Source: a virus (Duplodnaviria; Caudoviricetes). Taken from it: 43,772 nt of DNA. Shown here piece after piece: positions 31,925 to 41,996 of the stretch. The notes beneath the pieces were generated by a model. It was not told the origin of the DNA, searched no databases, and saw only the letters and a list, made by a program, of their open reading frames with translations. A program made the position numbers and the translations under genes. The DNA lies in the IMG/VR virus record IMGVR_UViG_3300024284_000009, positions 1-43,772 of that record; one strand, written 5' to 3'. Position 1 is the stretch's first letter. Each line of letters begins with the position of its first letter.

Positions 31925-32400
31925 GTGGGCGCTCCCTGGGACTCATCGAACAGTGTGCGACCGTTGCGGCGGATATACATCGCATCGATCTCCACCTCAT
32001 CCTTGAGGGGATCGGGGCTTTCTTCGTGGTTGCTGGTGTCGTTTGACCACACGCAGCCGTTGATCTCCACCGTGATCGATGGCTCATCCGGCTCGCTAAA
32101 CATCACCACGATCTGAAACTCCGTGTCTCCGTAGCTCCCCGTGATGGATTGACGTGCGAGCGCATCACGCGCCTCAAACACGGAGGACTTCCACCCCACC
32201 AGCTTGACGGGCTCGATCGTGTACTTGCCGCGGCTGCGACCGCGGGGGGCGTGATGGCGCCCCATCCCATACGCTTTAACTCGCTCGCGCTTGTCCCCGT
32301 AGTTGATCGAGGTGAAACCTAAAAAGTCCTCCCCCGCGATGCGAAGGACAATAGAGCCCCAGCTCAGCTGGTTATCGTTTACTCGGATCTTGTCTGCCAT
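31921..32400 (-). CDS. tail tube protein
   Basis: Follows the sheath; SWGSI, FTSINYGD, YGMGRH..PRGRSRGKY. Confidence 0.8.
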   Translation of the reverse strand: MADKIRVNDNQLSWGSIVLRIAGEDFLGFTSINYGDKRERVKAYGMGRHHAPRGRSRGKYTIEPVKLVGWKSSVFEARDALARQSITGSYGDTEFQIVVMFSEPDEPSITVEINGCVWSNDTSNHEESPDPLKDEVEIDAMYIRRNGRTLFDESQGAPT

Positions 32401-32404
32401 GACT

Positions 32405-33871
32405 TCACGCTGCTTTCACCGCGAGCGCGGGGTTGAAGTAGGACGTGTCGAGATCGATCTCCTCGGGGTACGCGAGCGGCGTTAGGCGGATCGAGCCTGT
32501 GAGGGTTTTGGTTGAGAGAATGTTGTCTGTACGGGACAAGGTGAACGACACCGCAGACACCTTGGGTGCGGCGCGTAATCCCGCGCGGAGCACTGCATTT
32601 GCCCCAGCCTCGATCTCTAGTGCGTCCGTTTCGAGGATGTAGCCCGTAGCTGCATCCACGCGGATGGGGCGATTGAGGCGGCGCACAAAATACTGATAGG
32701 CGATCACCTCCGCGAGGTTCATCACGCGGCGAAATGGGATGATGGTGAAGTCCGAGCCGGGGGCGGACTTGATCAAGGGGCGATTGATGTACGTCCCCCC
32801 GTATCCATCCCACGTCCGCAGCACCGCGAGCCCCAGGTCATCTAACCCTGGATTAATAGTCTCATCGTGCTCATCCACGTTTCCGTTTGCATCGCGGATG
32901 GACACACCAGGGAGCGCGCCTAGATTGATGTCCGCGGTGTTTACCTCCTCCGAGACATCACCCTGGATGTTTGTGATCGGCCACGCTGCGGAGCGGCGGT
33001 ATTGACGCCCACTCACACCCGAGACAAGCCGGCAACCTCCCGCCGCCACCGTCCCGCGCGTGGTCGCAAACCCCGCCCACTGTGCGGCCAACGAGGTGGC
33101 GTATGCAGCCTCCGTCTCGATGCTCGCGGGATCGTCCCGCGTGGAGAGCCGAGCCCCACCGATCCACGAACGATATTTGTGCTGTGAGTTTCGGAGCCCC
33201 GCACACCACGCGTCTACTTGTCCCGCGGTGGCTGAGGTGAGCACTCCTACGAGTGACAACTGTTCCCACTGCACTGCGGATTGACCTAGCCCCGTGAGTG
33301 CAGCCGCGAGATCGGTCCCTCCCCACTGAGCCGCGTGGGCGGTGATCGCGAACATGTCACCCGCCACGATCGTCCCCACGCCAAGCGAGAACTTTACCCC
33401 GCCCACGGTGATGGTGTTGGCAGTGCCTAGCGCAACGGAGGGCTCCCAGTTTCGTCCCCCGTCATAACTCACCTGATAAACAGGCCCAGCGGTTCCCACT
33501 GTTCCCCCGGTGGGGAATCGGACTAGCAGCTCATAGTCATCCGCGGGCTTAGTCAGGGTGTCTAACGCGGCGGTGACCACGCTGGTCCCTGTCATGGCGA
33601 GCGCGATGGTTCCGATCGCGGCGGCTGTGGATGCTGTCGCTCGCACCACCAGCGCGGGGCGTCCCGTGGTGTAAATGTAGCTCCCCGCAGCCTCCACCAG
33701 CTCCCCATCGAGAAACGATGCCACCAGGTCCGGTACGCGTGCGAACGCTGCGGGGGTGTTGAATGGCCCACCCGTGGAGCAGCCAATAAACGCGGTGAGC
33801 TTCCCCGCGGTGGATGGGAGCACTCCGAGTGCACCATCCAGCTCAGTGATAATCACATTGGGTTGTGTCAC
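32405..33871 (-). CDS. tail sheath protein (DUF2586-like)
   Basis: PNVIITELDGALG N-terminus; LDDLG..VLRTWDGYGGTY, GSDF..I..RRVMN C-terminus. Confidence 0.85.
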   Translation of the reverse strand: MTQPNVIITELDGALGVLPSTAGKLTAFIGCSTGGPFNTPAAFARVPDLVASFLDGELVEAAGSYIYTTGRPALVVRATASTAAAIGTIALAMTGTSVVTAALDTLTKPADDYELLVRFPTGGTVGTAGPVYQVSYDGGRNWEPSVALGTANTITVGGVKFSLGVGTIVAGDMFAITAHAAQWGGTDLAAALTGLGQSAVQWEQLSLVGVLTSATAGQVDAWCAGLRNSQHKYRSWIGGARLSTRDDPASIETEAAYATSLAAQWAGFATTRGTVAAGGCRLVSGVSGRQYRRSAAWPITNIQGDVSEEVNTADINLGALPGVSIRDANGNVDEHDETINPGLDDLGLAVLRTWDGYGGTYINRPLIKSAPGSDFTIIPFRRVMNLAEVIAYQYFVRRLNRPIRVDAATGYILETDALEIEAGANAVLRAGLRAAPKVSAVSFTLSRTDNILSTKTLTGSIRLTPLAYPEEIDLDTSYFNPALAVKAA

Positions 33872-34422
33872 GTGCTCACCTGTATGTTTTCTGTAACGTC
33901 TAACTCAGTGACATCGATGCTCGCGCCCACGGGCTCGGGAGTGGCCCACGGTGGGATCTGGGAGAACGGGAGATCAGGAACGGTCGCTTCGATCTGCGCG
34001 ATGATGCGCAGCGCGGCTCCGTAGCGGCGTTCGTTCCGGTCCGTGATCCACTGTTCGGACTTGAGCGCCCACGCCCCGTGAACTGTGTTGTGTACCGCGC
34101 GGTACCACGCATCACGGAGGTATCGAACGATCGCGTATTGGAGCCGCTCGTTCTCAGGCTCCGTGGGATCCTGTCCGTTGATGATGACCGTAAACACCTC
34201 CAACGTGGTGGCGAGCGAGCGCGGATAGCCCCCAGGGTTGCGCGGGGGCGCTATCTGTCCGAACGCTCCCGTGGGGTCCCCAGGGAACCACGCGAGGCGA
34301 TTCCCGATCGCGTGCTGCGCGGGAACACGCCAGCCAAACAGGTTCACCGCGGGAACGCTCTCCGCGGCGAAACTCGCGCTCACTTGATCAAACAGCCACG
34401 GCAACGCTAACAGGTACGCCAT
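33868..34422 (-). CDS. tail terminator/completion protein
   Basis: Position immediately before the sheath; size typical. Confidence 0.55.
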   Translation of the reverse strand: MAYLLALPWLFDQVSASFAAESVPAVNLFGWRVPAQHAIGNRLAWFPGDPTGAFGQIAPPRNPGGYPRSLATTLEVFTVIINGQDPTEPENERLQYAIVRYLRDAWYRAVHNTVHGAWALKSEQWITDRNERRYGAALRIIAQIEATVPDLPFSQIPPWATPEPVGASIDVTELDVTENIQVST

Positions 34423-34424
34423 AC

Positions 34425-34832
34425 CTAACCCCCCTCCACAGGTGTAAGAGCAGCCTCCACGCGGCGATTGATGACCGCGGTGAGCGCGGCGATCGCTGCG
34501 GGTGGGAGCGTCTTTTCAAACATCAAGGGGCGCGCAGCACCACCACGCACCCAGCCCCGCGAGTGGCGAGCCTCCACCCCTGTGAGTCGACACCACACGG
34601 TCCGCCCCACCATCGCCACGCCCAGCACCAGCGGAGCCCCTTGCAACATGGGCCCCGTGCCGTGCTTGCGGGGCGCCCAGGGGATCCCGGTGCTCGGAGC
34701 CCGCTCAGCCTCGATCGCCTCCACCAGCACCTTACGCAGCGCGGCGGAGAGCTCAGGGCCCGCCTCATCGATCACCGCCACGGGGAGGTGTTCCAGCGCT
34801 GCGATGATGGAGTCGATGCTAACAGCACCCAT
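34425..34832 (-). CDS. neck / virion morphogenesis protein (Mu gpG-like)
   Basis: ERAPSTGIPWAPRK, ARH..G...ARP motifs; start MGAVSID with GGAGG. Confidence 0.6.
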   Translation of the reverse strand: MGAVSIDSIIAALEHLPVAVIDEAGPELSAALRKVLVEAIEAERAPSTGIPWAPRKHGTGPMLQGAPLVLGVAMVGRTVWCRLTGVEARHSRGWVRGGAARPLMFEKTLPPAAIAALTAVINRRVEAALTPVEGG

Positions 34833-35304
34833 TTGTGTCCTCCCGGTGGCCTGTGCATGCCTGTTGATCAAACGCGATGTAGGGGGACGTTTCCGAGTAC
34901 ACGCGCGGGGAGCCGCGGGTGACTCCCTGAGCATCCGTGTCCGCGCGTAGCGGGAGCTCAAACAAACCCTTTTCGGAGTCCGCAGCCTCTTTAATTTCAG
35001 CGAGCGCGGTGTCGCTCTGTTGCCTGTATTCTCCCCCCTCCTGATCGGTGGGGGAGAGCCCGCGCTTGAGCCAAGCCTCATAGGTGACAACCCGCGCTAA
35101 CCAGTCACACACCGCGATGGGGTATGGAGCGCGGAACGGGGCGTCGTACCGCTTCCCTAGACGTGAATCGAGTTTAGCGGACCCATACAGTAAGCGGGTT
35201 TCGAGCCACCCAGGCTCAGCGGTTTCTAACTGATCGATAAACGCGCTAGGCATAATCGATGCAGAACGAAACTCAGCAAACGAGAGATATGGAACAGTCG
35301 ACAT
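34819..35304 (-). CDS. head-tail adaptor (Mu gp36 / DUF1320-like)
   Basis: PYLS, SAKLDSRLGKRYDAPF..PYP; follows the capsid gene. Confidence 0.75.
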   Translation of the reverse strand: MSTVPYLSFAEFRSASIMPSAFIDQLETAEPGWLETRLLYGSAKLDSRLGKRYDAPFRAPYPIAVCDWLARVVTYEAWLKRGLSPTDQEGGEYRQQSDTALAEIKEAADSEKGLFELPLRADTDAQGVTRGSPRVYSETSPYIAFDQQACTGHREDTNGCC

Positions 35305-35372
35305 GGGAGCGATCTCCGCGCGGGTGGGCAACGTTAGGAGGGACGCGTGAGCCGCCCCCATGTCTCAAACAA

Positions 35373-36395
35373 TCATGCAGCCGGACACTTGAATAACAAG
35401 TAGGGGTGTCCGTTGAGGACGTTGTTTCGTCCCTCCGTGGTCCACTGGAACGTGCGGATCCGAGCTAGATCCCCATCGTTTTGAGGGCCGTAGTAAAGCA
35501 CGCTGAATGCTTCGCGATTGACAAAGTTGAAGGCCCCTAACTCGCTGGTGAGGATGTCCTCACACGCGAGGTAGTAACAATCATCCGCACCGCCCACAAA
35601 CCCCGCGCTGAGCTCAGGACACTCGATCGGCTCGCCCAGCCCGAAGTAGCGGATCACAGACTCGATATCACCCGAGCCGCCGCCCGCCGCCGCAGCCTGA
35701 GCAATGTACTTGGCTTGCGTGAGCTGAGTTGCACGCGCGTACATGGCTGGGGGGACCATGATGTAGCGGACACGCAGGAACCGCGGATCCTCACCCGTGG
35801 GGAGTCTAATGGTGCTGATATACGCGATCGCCCTTGCGAGGTTCGTGAGAGCCACGTCAAGCGTGGTCGCTCCACCGATCGGACACGCCCCAGGTCCCGA
35901 TCCCGCGGTAAACAGGTTTGTGAATGTCCCCGCCGCGAGGTTGTAAGGGTTGACTGGGTGATCAACCGCAAAAAACTGCTTTTTATCGTAGGTGAGCCCG
36001 TTCGCGAGGATGGACTTTGCGATGCACTTCTGCGGCCAATACGCGGCATAAGCCCCGATCGTGCGGGACCAGTGCGAGGCGAGATCGATCCCGTTCCCGT
36101 CGAGATCCTCAAATTGCTCTTTTTTGACGTTGAGCCCCGCCGCCGCGTTGAGGTTCTCCACCTCCGTGGTGAGCGCTACGACATCCTCAAACTCGATGTT
36201 TCCACCGTGTCCCGTGCGCTGGATGCGCGCGGAGTCGAGGAGCCAGCTCACGCGCTCCGTTTTGGCTCCCGATGGCATCGTCTTAGCGATCTTCTGCCAC
36301 CAGAGATTTTGCACTAACCGTTGGTAATCCTGAGCGGTGATAATCCGCATGTTGGATTCCAGGTCATAAACAAATGAGGGAGTGATTGCAGGCAT
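35373..36395 (-). CDS. major capsid protein (Mu gpT-like)
   Basis: WQKIA..MPS...E..SWL, FEDLD, YDKKQFFAVDHPV, YIMVPPAM. Confidence 0.85.
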   Translation of the reverse strand: MPAITPSFVYDLESNMRIITAQDYQRLVQNLWWQKIAKTMPSGAKTERVSWLLDSARIQRTGHGGNIEFEDVVALTTEVENLNAAAGLNVKKEQFEDLDGNGIDLASHWSRTIGAYAAYWPQKCIAKSILANGLTYDKKQFFAVDHPVNPYNLAAGTFTNLFTAGSGPGACPIGGATTLDVALTNLARAIAYISTIRLPTGEDPRFLRVRYIMVPPAMYARATQLTQAKYIAQAAAAGGGSGDIESVIRYFGLGEPIECPELSAGFVGGADDCYYLACEDILTSELGAFNFVNREAFSVLYYGPQNDGDLARIRTFQWTTEGRNNVLNGHPYLLFKCPAA

Positions 36396-36410
36396 GTGTT
36401 AGACCGACCC

Positions 36411-36818
36411 CTAGAAAGTCTTGTAACCAAACAAGACCAAAACCCCTTTGGCCGTGTTCACATCGAGCACCATCCCCGCGACGGAGCCCGTGGCGACTAG
36501 CGTCACAGTGTGCGCATCCTTGAGGTAGGCGAGTTGTCCGCGCTTGGCGATCGTGACTGGTGTTCCCCCGGTATCGTTGTCAAACCAGTACGCGATAATC
36601 TCGCGCCACATCTTGACCTGTACGGTGGCCACGCCGTCCCCTGTGATGCTCCGCTGAAAGATCCCGAGGGGGAGGAGCCCCGTCCCTGGGCCCGCGTTCG
36701 TGACGGAGCCGTCCGCGGTGTCTATGACCGCGATGTTACCGCGCTCAGCACTCACACCGGACTTGAGGATAAAATCATAATACCCCCAGTTTGCCTGGAT
36801 GGTCATTCGCTCAGCCAT
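36411..36818 (-). CDS. capsid decoration/cement protein
   Basis: 135-aa beta-rich ORF between scaffold and capsid; GQLAYLKDAHTV...AG.V. Confidence 0.65.
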   Translation of the reverse strand: MAERMTIQANWGYYDFILKSGVSAERGNIAVIDTADGSVTNAGPGTGLLPLGIFQRSITGDGVATVQVKMWREIIAYWFDNDTGGTPVTIAKRGQLAYLKDAHTVTLVATGSVAGMVLDVNTAKGVLVLFGYKTF

Positions 36819-38175
36819 TGCCGTTCGCCTCCCCTCGGATCTTCGATACCGTCTCGCCCAGGGTGAGGCGGTGCTCCGTGTGTTTCACGGTGAGTGTTTG
36901 ATCTGTCAGGCCCATACGCTTATCGAGCGCGAGTTTTTCCTCCGCGCTGAGACGGCTCCCGCCCCCGGCTTGCTCACCGCGCGTGGGCTTGGCCTTACCC
37001 GCTGCGAGCGCATCCTCCGCGCTCACGTGGCCACTGAGCCGCGGGGTTTTCGCGAGGAGCTCTTTCACCGTGGCTACGGGGAGTTTTTCGAGCACCGCCA
37101 CAAAGTCCGCGGTGAGATCGGGGCGAGCCTCGATGAGCCGCGCGCGCTCAGTGCGAGCATCGCGTGCGGCGAGTTCCGCGCGGAGGGTGTGCACCGCGCT
37201 GAGCGCGTTCGCTGCTACCTGCAAAGCGGATGCGGTGGAGTCATCCGCGGGGGGTGCGTCCTTTTTCTTAGGCGGCTCATCCCCGTCCGGCTCCTCATGC
37301 TCCGCATCCTCACCATCCCCATCGTCCTCCGCATCCATCGCAGCGAGCGCGCGCTTTGCCGCCTCCGCCTCTTTCTCATCGTCCCCATCCATCGCTTTGC
37401 GCAGAGCCGCGCGAGCCTCATCCATCGCACCCATAGGCAAACCCCCTGACAATGACGCTAACAGTTGATCAAGGGGTCGCCGCTCATCGGCGAGCCCCGC
37501 AGCGATCGCCGCATCCCCGTGGAACACCGCAGCCTGTAAGGCGGCGGCATCGATGCCGCGGGCTTCCCTCACCACCTCAAAAAACACGCTCGCTAGACTG
37601 TTCACCAGCGTTTGCTGAGCGTTGTATTCATCCTCGCTCAACGGTCGCTCAGGGTGTCCATCCGCTTTGCGCGCTCCGCTCGCGATGAACGCCACACGGA
37701 TCCCGCGAGCCTCCGCGGCGGCGGATGCATCGAGGCGAGTGGACAGAACGCCGATGGAGCCCACGATCGCGCTATCGCTGAGGTAGACCTTACTGGCCCC
37801 GCACGCGATGGCATATGCAGCGCTGCACGCACGATCCTCCACGAATGCGAGGATCGGTTTGCCGGTCATCGCCGCCGCCCCGCGTATCCAGCGGGCTAGC
37901 TCGAAACACCCCGCAGCCTCGCCCCCAGGGGATGAGATCTGTAACACCACGCACGCGGAGGGGGATGCGAGTGCATCCTCGATGCGCGTGCGGATCTCAT
38001 CGTAGGAATCCCAGCCCGCGCCCCCGTGGGATTCAAGCGGTCCGCGGATCGTGACCACGGTGGTGGAGCCCACGGTGCGATTCGGAGGCGGCGCGCAGTC
38101 CCCCAGGAACAGGATCCCAAACGCCATGGGGTCGAACGCGAGGAGCCCCGTGCGGACATAGTGACGCAAGCTCAT
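36811..38175 (-). CDS. S49-family capsid maturation protease with C-terminal scaffold
   Basis: ISSPGGEAAG, ACSAAYAIA, VGSIGV; acidic helical tail with possible internal start MGAMDEA at 37434. Confidence 0.88.
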   Translation of the reverse strand: MSLRHYVRTGLLAFDPMAFGILFLGDCAPPPNRTVGSTTVVTIRGPLESHGGAGWDSYDEIRTRIEDALASPSACVVLQISSPGGEAAGCFELARWIRGAAAMTGKPILAFVEDRACSAAYAIACGASKVYLSDSAIVGSIGVLSTRLDASAAAEARGIRVAFIASGARKADGHPERPLSEDEYNAQQTLVNSLASVFFEVVREARGIDAAALQAAVFHGDAAIAAGLADERRPLDQLLASLSGGLPMGAMDEARAALRKAMDGDDEKEAEAAKRALAAMDAEDDGDGEDAEHEEPDGDEPPKKKDAPPADDSTASALQVAANALSAVHTLRAELAARDARTERARLIEARPDLTADFVAVLEKLPVATVKELLAKTPRLSGHVSAEDALAAGKAKPTRGEQAGGGSRLSAEEKLALDKRMGLTDQTLTVKHTEHRLTLGETVSKIRGEANGNG

Positions 38176-39506
38176 GCCGCCACCGCCGCTGGTTTGATGG
38201 GAACCACTTCGCCCATCGAGGTGGGCTCTAAGGGGATCCCAAACTCCTCACACAGGATCTGTACATCGAGCACACGCCCCGTGGGCTGTAGCGCCACCTG
38301 CAACTGGGCGATCGCGTTCGCGGCGGTGACCAGCGATTGAGCCTCCGCGTTCCGATCTTTCGGAGGTGTCACATCATACTCAACCACCACGGGGCGATTA
38401 ACTACCGCCGCCACCCCGTAGCGTTTGGCGATGAAACCAGGCAAGCACTGTGTGTTGACTGTGTACGCCAGTCCGTCCGCGGTTTCTTTGATGAGATCCG
38501 CGCGGATCGTGCGGTGAATATCGCTGTTTTGGAAACCCGCGCCCCCGGTGGTGGTCACGGTTTGACCAGCGATCGCGATCACTAGCTCATTGTCACACGC
38601 GGCGATCGTGCGTGAAAACGACTCAGCGCCAATCCCGTTGGACTCTAACAGTTTGACATCATAGCCCGGCGTTAGTCCAAACACCGTGTTGATTCCCCAT
38701 GCCATCACGGACTGGAACCAGCCCTCCTTTTGAGGCTCGGTTCCACCCTGTGGAGCAACAGCCACGCGCGCGGGGTTAGCGAGTTTCGCCTCCCAGTTGT
38801 CTTTATGCAGGTTCGCGTGGGACTTGCGTATGACATTCACACCCACGCAGCGCCATAACCCATGCTGCCACGGTGCGAGCCGCCCACCGGGGGTGTGGAG
38901 CACCCAGCGCCCATCACCTGGGGTGATCGGGAGCCGCCCCTCAATCGCGAGGTAATACCACTGGTCCTCAGTCCATACATATTGGAGGTATTGAGGATCG
39001 AGGCGGACTAACACGGGGTAGTCTCGCCCCCGCACGGGACATAACTCAGCCACGCCGATCCCGAGCAAAATCCCGTCCGCGCTGAGCAGTGCTAGCTCAC
39101 TTGGGGGTAACATCTCATCGTAGATCGAGCGCACGGAATCGTGGCCCAGCTCTAGAGCCTCGATCGCCTCGCGGTCCCCGCGGAACTTGCGAGGCAAGCG
39201 GACGAGCCCGCTGGTGCGAGTGCTCAGCACGCCGCTCAGCACCCCATCCCGCCGCGCGAAGGACATGAGCTCACCCGCGCGGCGGAGGTTGCCCCCGTCC
39301 GCGTTGTGCTCCGCGGACTCAAGATCCGCGATGTACCAACGGGTGCGGACCCACGGGACGTTTTGGAGTTGTCCCCCCAGCGCATAGCGCATCCGCTCCA
39401 CGGATGGAGAATCGATGAACGTGTCAGGGGAGGATGACTGCGGAACGGGTGGGCGATAGATGCTCACACCGCGCAGCCACTCCGTAGCGGCTCCCACTAG
39501 GCTCAT
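38172..39506 (-). CDS. portal protein (DUF935 / Mu gp29-like)
   Basis: ADGGNL..A, DGVLSGVLSTR, DGILLGIGVAE, IAGQTVTT; follows TerL. Confidence 0.8.
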   Translation of the reverse strand: MSLVGAATEWLRGVSIYRPPVPQSSSPDTFIDSPSVERMRYALGGQLQNVPWVRTRWYIADLESAEHNADGGNLRRAGELMSFARRDGVLSGVLSTRTSGLVRLPRKFRGDREAIEALELGHDSVRSIYDEMLPPSELALLSADGILLGIGVAELCPVRGRDYPVLVRLDPQYLQYVWTEDQWYYLAIEGRLPITPGDGRWVLHTPGGRLAPWQHGLWRCVGVNVIRKSHANLHKDNWEAKLANPARVAVAPQGGTEPQKEGWFQSVMAWGINTVFGLTPGYDVKLLESNGIGAESFSRTIAACDNELVIAIAGQTVTTTGGAGFQNSDIHRTIRADLIKETADGLAYTVNTQCLPGFIAKRYGVAAVVNRPVVVEYDVTPPKDRNAEAQSLVTAANAIAQLQVALQPTGRVLDVQILCEEFGIPLEPTSMGEVVPIKPAAVAA

Positions 39507-39573
39507 GCGGTGGAGTCTGTGTATAGGCCACGGACTAACGCAAACAGTCTACTACTAGATAGTTAGTAGGGAC

Positions 39574-41229
39574 CTAACGGCGCCATGGATCTAACGCATG
39601 GTAGGGGTCGAATGTGTTTTCAGCGTAAGACGTGTGAGCGGCGGATGCTTGGGCGGGGGTGGTGGCCACGTGATCCATGAGGCTGAGCGGTTCCCACACA
39701 CTCAGGGCGGTGGCATCGTAGCGATCGGGGGATCGTCCTAACAGCTTGCGAAGCACGTCTTTAGGGGTGACCTTGAGCCGCCCCGTCACCATTTGTTTCC
39801 ATTCGAGCGCGTGGAGCTCCCCCGAGAGTTTCGCGTTTTCCAGGATGGCCCCACCCTCGCGGAGCCACCCCTCAAGGTTCGCGGCGAGTTCATCCCTCAC
39901 GCGGTCATACAGTTGGGGGCGGCGTATCGCGCGATCCGAGGAACGCACCGCAACCAGCTCAAACACGTGGGGGTGGTCCTGGGTGTAGTTTCGCAGCGAG
40001 CCAAACAGCGAGGCTCCGATCGAGCCATCGCGATCGAGCACCACCACCGGGATCTCGCGGGGGAGGCGGAAGCGATCGAGGAACAAAAGCAGCTGCACCA
40101 GGTGCTGGTCATCGTTGAGCCCGCGCTTCGTTTCGAGCGCGAGTTGTTTGAGCCCCCTCCGCGCGCAGAAACAAGAGTCGTCGCCCATCCCCGACTCACC
40201 CGCGGGATCGAGCCCCACGAACAGCCGCCCAGCTTCGGGGGTGTCGGACCAGCGCTGTTCGGCAAGCGCGATGATGTGGATGGGGAAGATCTTCGCGTCC
40301 TCAAACTCCGCGTGTAACCCCTTTACACGGACTTTATAGAGGGGGGAATCCTCGCCCCATTCGAGTTTCTTTTCCTCGATCCACTCGCGGGTGGCGAGCC
40401 CTGGGATGAGGGGTAGCCCGGATACGACGTTGGGGGACTCCTCCGAGGAGATCCGCATGTTGTAATAGTGTTGCGATTTTTCCGTGAACGCCGCGTAGAA
40501 CTCCCCTTCGTTTCGAGTACCGTTAGACAACAGTAAGATCTTAGCTCCCCCCGCGCGATTCCCCTCGATCGCCTCAAAGATCTGGTCATCCACGCCGCTC
40601 GCCTCATCCACGATGTAGAGCAGACGATGTCCCGAGATCCCCGCCACCGCCTCCGCTTCCTTCGCGGTGAAACCCACGATCTCGCGGAAGTCCACCGATT
40701 TGAGCCCGGTGCGCGCTAACTCGCCCTGGTAGCCCTCGATCTCCGTGGAGTGCTCGCATGGGCGCGGGATCTTCGTGCCACCGGGATCCGCGCGCTTGCA
40801 CGCCACGCAGCGCCCACCGCGAGCGCGCATCATTCGGAGCTCACGCCACAGGATCTGATCTACTTGCCGCGATGTGGTGCTGGTCATCACCACGCGCGCA
40901 TCCGCGAACGTGGAGTAGAACCACAGTGCGATCCCCGCCGCGCTGTTCGATTTGCCTACCTTATGACCACTGCACACAGCCACACGATTGTGTGTGCATA
41001 CCGCCTCTAACACCTCGATCTGTCTAGACCATGGTTCCAGCCCCAGGATCTCACGAAAGAATCCCACCGGATCCTCCGCATACTTAGGATCGGGGAACTT
41101 GAGGTGCGTGGTAATCGATATCTGGTGCTCAAGCTTGCGGCGGAAGGATTCCGCGAACGTCCACAGGGTGGGCTCGGGGTGTTGCCCCCAGCGGCGATCC
41201 GCGACTTCCGCCGCGGCTGAGGATGTCAT
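39574..41229 (-). CDS. terminase large subunit
   Basis: DPVGFFREILG, WSRQ, SGHKVGKS, IVDEASGV, SNGTRNEGEFY, VGLDPA, SPDRYDA. Confidence 0.92.
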   Translation of the reverse strand: MTSSAAAEVADRRWGQHPEPTLWTFAESFRRKLEHQISITTHLKFPDPKYAEDPVGFFREILGLEPWSRQIEVLEAVCTHNRVAVCSGHKVGKSNSAAGIALWFYSTFADARVVMTSTTSRQVDQILWRELRMMRARGGRCVACKRADPGGTKIPRPCEHSTEIEGYQGELARTGLKSVDFREIVGFTAKEAEAVAGISGHRLLYIVDEASGVDDQIFEAIEGNRAGGAKILLLSNGTRNEGEFYAAFTEKSQHYYNMRISSEESPNVVSGLPLIPGLATREWIEEKKLEWGEDSPLYKVRVKGLHAEFEDAKIFPIHIIALAEQRWSDTPEAGRLFVGLDPAGESGMGDDSCFCARRGLKQLALETKRGLNDDQHLVQLLLFLDRFRLPREIPVVVLDRDGSIGASLFGSLRNYTQDHPHVFELVAVRSSDRAIRRPQLYDRVRDELAANLEGWLREGGAILENAKLSGELHALEWKQMVTGRLKVTPKDVLRKLLGRSPDRYDATALSVWEPLSLMDHVATTPAQASAAHTSYAENTFDPYHALDPWRR

Positions 41230-41234
41230 GGGGG

Positions 41235-41996
41235 CTAGTGCTTGACCTTGGAGGCGGCGGCGGGGTCATAGGGGAGCGCAAGCTGCTCACCCTCGGGGAC
41301 CTGGGCGCGGCTCCGTGTCATGCGTTCGCGGAGCACCGTGCGAGCCTCCGCGAGTAGGTGAGCGGGGAGCGTGGTCCATGGGCGCGCTTTGCCACCCCAG
41401 CCCGTGCGAGAGCGGAGATCCTGATCGATCGAGGCTCGCGCTGCGGCTGCGGAGGTGGCGAGCCCCGCGCGGTGCTCCCAGCGCGCTAGGACCCCTGCAT
41501 CGCTACGGAACGCCGCGTATTGGGTGGGGGAGATCGCTCCCGTGGCGGCGGAGGGACCGCTCTGTAGAGCCTCCACCGCCGCCCGCAGCGAGCGGAGCTC
41601 CTCAAGCAACGGGGCGAGATCCACGGGGATGGGGGCGGGGGCGCGGGACGCTAACAGCCGCTCGCGGAGCTGGGCGGTGGCCCAGATACGAAACTCCGTC
41701 CCCCGCCGCGAACGCACGCGATAACCCACGGAGAGAATCGCGTCTAGGTTCCATATCATCCCAGGGCGCCCCCGCTGGGGGTCCCGCGATATATGGCAGT
41801 TAGACTTCCGAAAAGAATCACCCGAGATCTCGCCCTCATCGAGAGCGTTTTTCAGATGCATCGATGCGTTTCGTTCTGTAACAGAAAACAGCACACCGAT
41901 CTGTCCGGCCGTTGCCCACACCGTTTGATCGTCAACCGGGATGCTCACCGCCACTAATCCGTCTCGGCTCCTGAACTCCGCTAGCTTGCTCTCCAT
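41235..41996 (-). CDS. RhuM-family N-terminal DNA-binding protein (antirepressor-like)
   Basis: TVWAT..QI..LF, HLKNALDEGEI, NLDAILSVGYRVRS.RGTEFRIWAT..LRE is the RhuM motif; helical C-terminus. Confidence 0.75.
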   Translation of the reverse strand: MESKLAEFRSRDGLVAVSIPVDDQTVWATAGQIGVLFSVTERNASMHLKNALDEGEISGDSFRKSNCHISRDPQRGRPGMIWNLDAILSVGYRVRSRRGTEFRIWATAQLRERLLASRAPAPIPVDLAPLLEELRSLRAAVEALQSGPSAATGAISPTQYAAFRSDAGVLARWEHRAGLATSAAAARASIDQDLRSRTGWGGKARPWTTLPAHLLAEARTVLRERMTRSRAQVPEGEQLALPYDPAAASKVKH

